Positions 48,689-50,102 of a stretch of DNA of 50,102 nt are shown one piece after another. Under the pieces are notes generated by a model. The model did not search any database. It saw only the letters and a list, made by a program, of their open reading frames with translations, and had not been told where the DNA came from. The stretch spans positions 1 to 50,102 of the forward strand of contig CAXHZO010000018.1 in NCBI GenBank assembly GCA_964022095.1, in the 5' to 3' direction. Numbering within the stretch: the stretch's first letter is position 1; every line of letters starts with the position of its first letter. Source of the stretch: an uncultured Arcobacteraceae bacterium (GTDB lineage Bacteria > Campylobacterota > Campylobacteria > Campylobacterales > Arcobacteraceae). The position numbers were made by a program, and so were the translations under genes.

Positions 48689-49864
48689 TTAATCCATTGT
48701 TCCAGCAGGAACATGAACATTACCATCCATGATAATTCTTGCACTTCTACTCATAGAAGCTTTTTCAACAATATATTTACCATCTTTTTGTGATAGTGCA
48801 GCTCCAACTTTAATAGCACCACTTGGATGACCAAAAGTAACAGAGTCTTTTTCACCTCCACCAGCAGCAATATTTACTAAAGTTCCTGGAATACAAGCAG
48901 CAACTCCAATGGCAACAGAAGCTGTACCCATCATAGCATGGTGTAATTGTTGCATAGATAATGCTCTTACATGTAAGTCCATTTCATCTGCTTTTACTTC
49001 CTTACCACTTGAAGTAGTAAAATCTTGTGCAGGTGAAACAAATGCAATTTTAGGAGTGTGTTGCTGAGTTAATGCATCACTAGCATCTTTCATAACACCC
49101 ATTTTAAGTGCTCCTGCGATTCTGATTTTCTCAAATCTTTCAAGTGCAGCTGTATCAGAGTTAATATCACCTTGAAGTTCAGTTCCTTTGTATCCAATTT
49201 CATCAGCATTTACAAATACAGTTGGAATACCAGCAGTTATCATGGTTGCTTTAAATGTACCAACACCTTCAACTTCTAAATCATCAACTAAGTTTCCAGT
49301 AGGAAATAACTCTTCACTTGGATCAACTGGCTCAACAAACTCTAGTACAATTTCTTCAGCAGGAAAAGCAACACCATCAATCTCATAGTCACCCATTTCT
49401 TTAACCATTCCATCTTCCATTGTTACATAACATAGAATAGTTTTTTTGATATTTGCTTGCCAGATTCTTACACAACAAACACCATTTTGAGGAACATTAT
49501 CAACTAAACCTTCATGAATTGCAAATGGTCCAACTGCACTTGATAAGTTACCGCAGTTTCCACTCATATCAACAAAATCTTTGTCAATTGCAACTTGACA
49601 GAAGTAGTAGTCAACATCATGATTTGGAACATCTGATTTCCCAACTAAAATAGCTTTAGATGTAGATGAAGAAGCTCCACCCATTCCATCCATTTGTTTT
49701 TTATAAATATCTGGGCTTCCTACAATTCTTTGTAGTAATTTATCTCTTTTTCTTCCATCTTCTTGTGCTTCTTTTGGAAGATCTGCAATATTAAAAAATG
49801 TTCCTTTAGAAGTTCCACCTCTCATATATGTTGCTTTTACTTTAAATTGTGGTTTGTATGCCAT
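48689..49864 (-). CDS. prpF: 2-methylaconitate cis-trans isomerase
   Basis: Motifs YMRGGTSKG, GMGGASSSTSK, SGNCGNL, LHHAMMGT, GHPSG and SRSAR..M.G.V. Confidence 0.96.
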   Translation of the reverse strand: MAYKPQFKVKATYMRGGTSKGTFFNIADLPKEAQEDGRKRDKLLQRIVGSPDIYKKQMDGMGGASSSTSKAILVGKSDVPNHDVDYYFCQVAIDKDFVDMSGNCGNLSSAVGPFAIHEGLVDNVPQNGVCCVRIWQANIKKTILCYVTMEDGMVKEMGDYEIDGVAFPAEEIVLEFVEPVDPSEELFPTGNLVDDLEVEGVGTFKATMITAGIPTVFVNADEIGYKGTELQGDINSDTAALERFEKIRIAGALKMGVMKDASDALTQQHTPKIAFVSPAQDFTTSSGKEVKADEMDLHVRALSMQQLHHAMMGTASVAIGVAACIPGTLVNIAAGGGEKDSVTFGHPSGAIKVGAALSQKDGKYIVEKASMSRSARIIMDGNVHVPAGTMD

Positions 49865-49884
49865 AATATTTTCCCCTTAGTTTT

Positions 49885-49953
49885 AAATTATTCATAAAAA
49901 TATTTATCAATAGTTTTATGAATAATTTTAGGGCTAAAATGCCCTAAAATTAT
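49885..49953. repeat. Two overlapping inverted repeats between acnD and prpF
   Basis: AAATTATTCATAAAA / TTTTATGAATAATTT (49885-49928) and ATAATTTTAGGGC / GCCCTAAAATTAT (49922-49953). Confidence 0.75.
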
Positions 49954-49971
49954 AGATATTATTTAAAAGGT

Positions 49972-50102
49972 TTATTTACCTTCTGCAACAACATCTTTAG
50001 CGAATTTTTGTAAAATACCACCGTTTTTGTAAACTTCAACTTCAGCAGAAGTATCTAATCTACATAAAACATTGAATTTAACAACATCACCATTTGCTCT
50101 AG
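49972..50102 (-). CDS. acnD: 3' end of an aconitase-family protein, probably Fe/S-dependent 2-methylisocitrate dehydratase (partial)
   Basis: Manual translation ...RANGDVVKFNVLCRLDTSAEVEVYKNGGILQKFAKDVVAEGK* matches the aconitase C-terminus; adjacency to prpF favours AcnD. Confidence 0.8.
   Translation of the reverse strand, partial: RANGDVVKFNVLCRLDTSAEVEVYKNGGILQKFAKDVVAEGK

Overview
AT-rich, densely coding chromosomal window. Gene content and order (nusA / HP0268-like / miaB / DUF374, mqnE futalosine pathway, fdx divergent from ahpC) point to a Campylobacterota bacterium, most likely Arcobacteraceae (inference). Most of it is core housekeeping: murC, nhaA, dprA, ilvC, rnr, holA-rpsF-ssb-rpsR, cysS, nusA, miaB, mqnE, bioF, pyk, argD, pyrB-pabB-pabC, ndk-rpmF-plsX-fabH, ahpC, rho, murI-dnaX, hemC, prpF and the 3' end of acnD. 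I saw no rRNA, tRNA, transposase, prophage or CRISPR array. The best candidate for a little-described system is a three-gene module between nhaA and dprA. It has a CGNR zinc-finger/ABATE regulator gene that the ORF track missed (2057..2635, minus strand) and that seems to need a non-canonical ATT start. This gene is divergent from a VOC/glyoxalase gene and a tandem PNPOx-like flavoprotein gene. The spacer between them holds two matching ACTAAC-N20-GTTAGT palindromes over the promoter. Other leads: a probable PilM-PilN-PilO-like fusion protein (flagellar cage candidate), a standalone sRNA candidate upstream of an MFS gene, a 32-aa membrane microprotein behind a TetR-like operator, an SspB-like protein, and leader elements for rpsF, rho and nusA.
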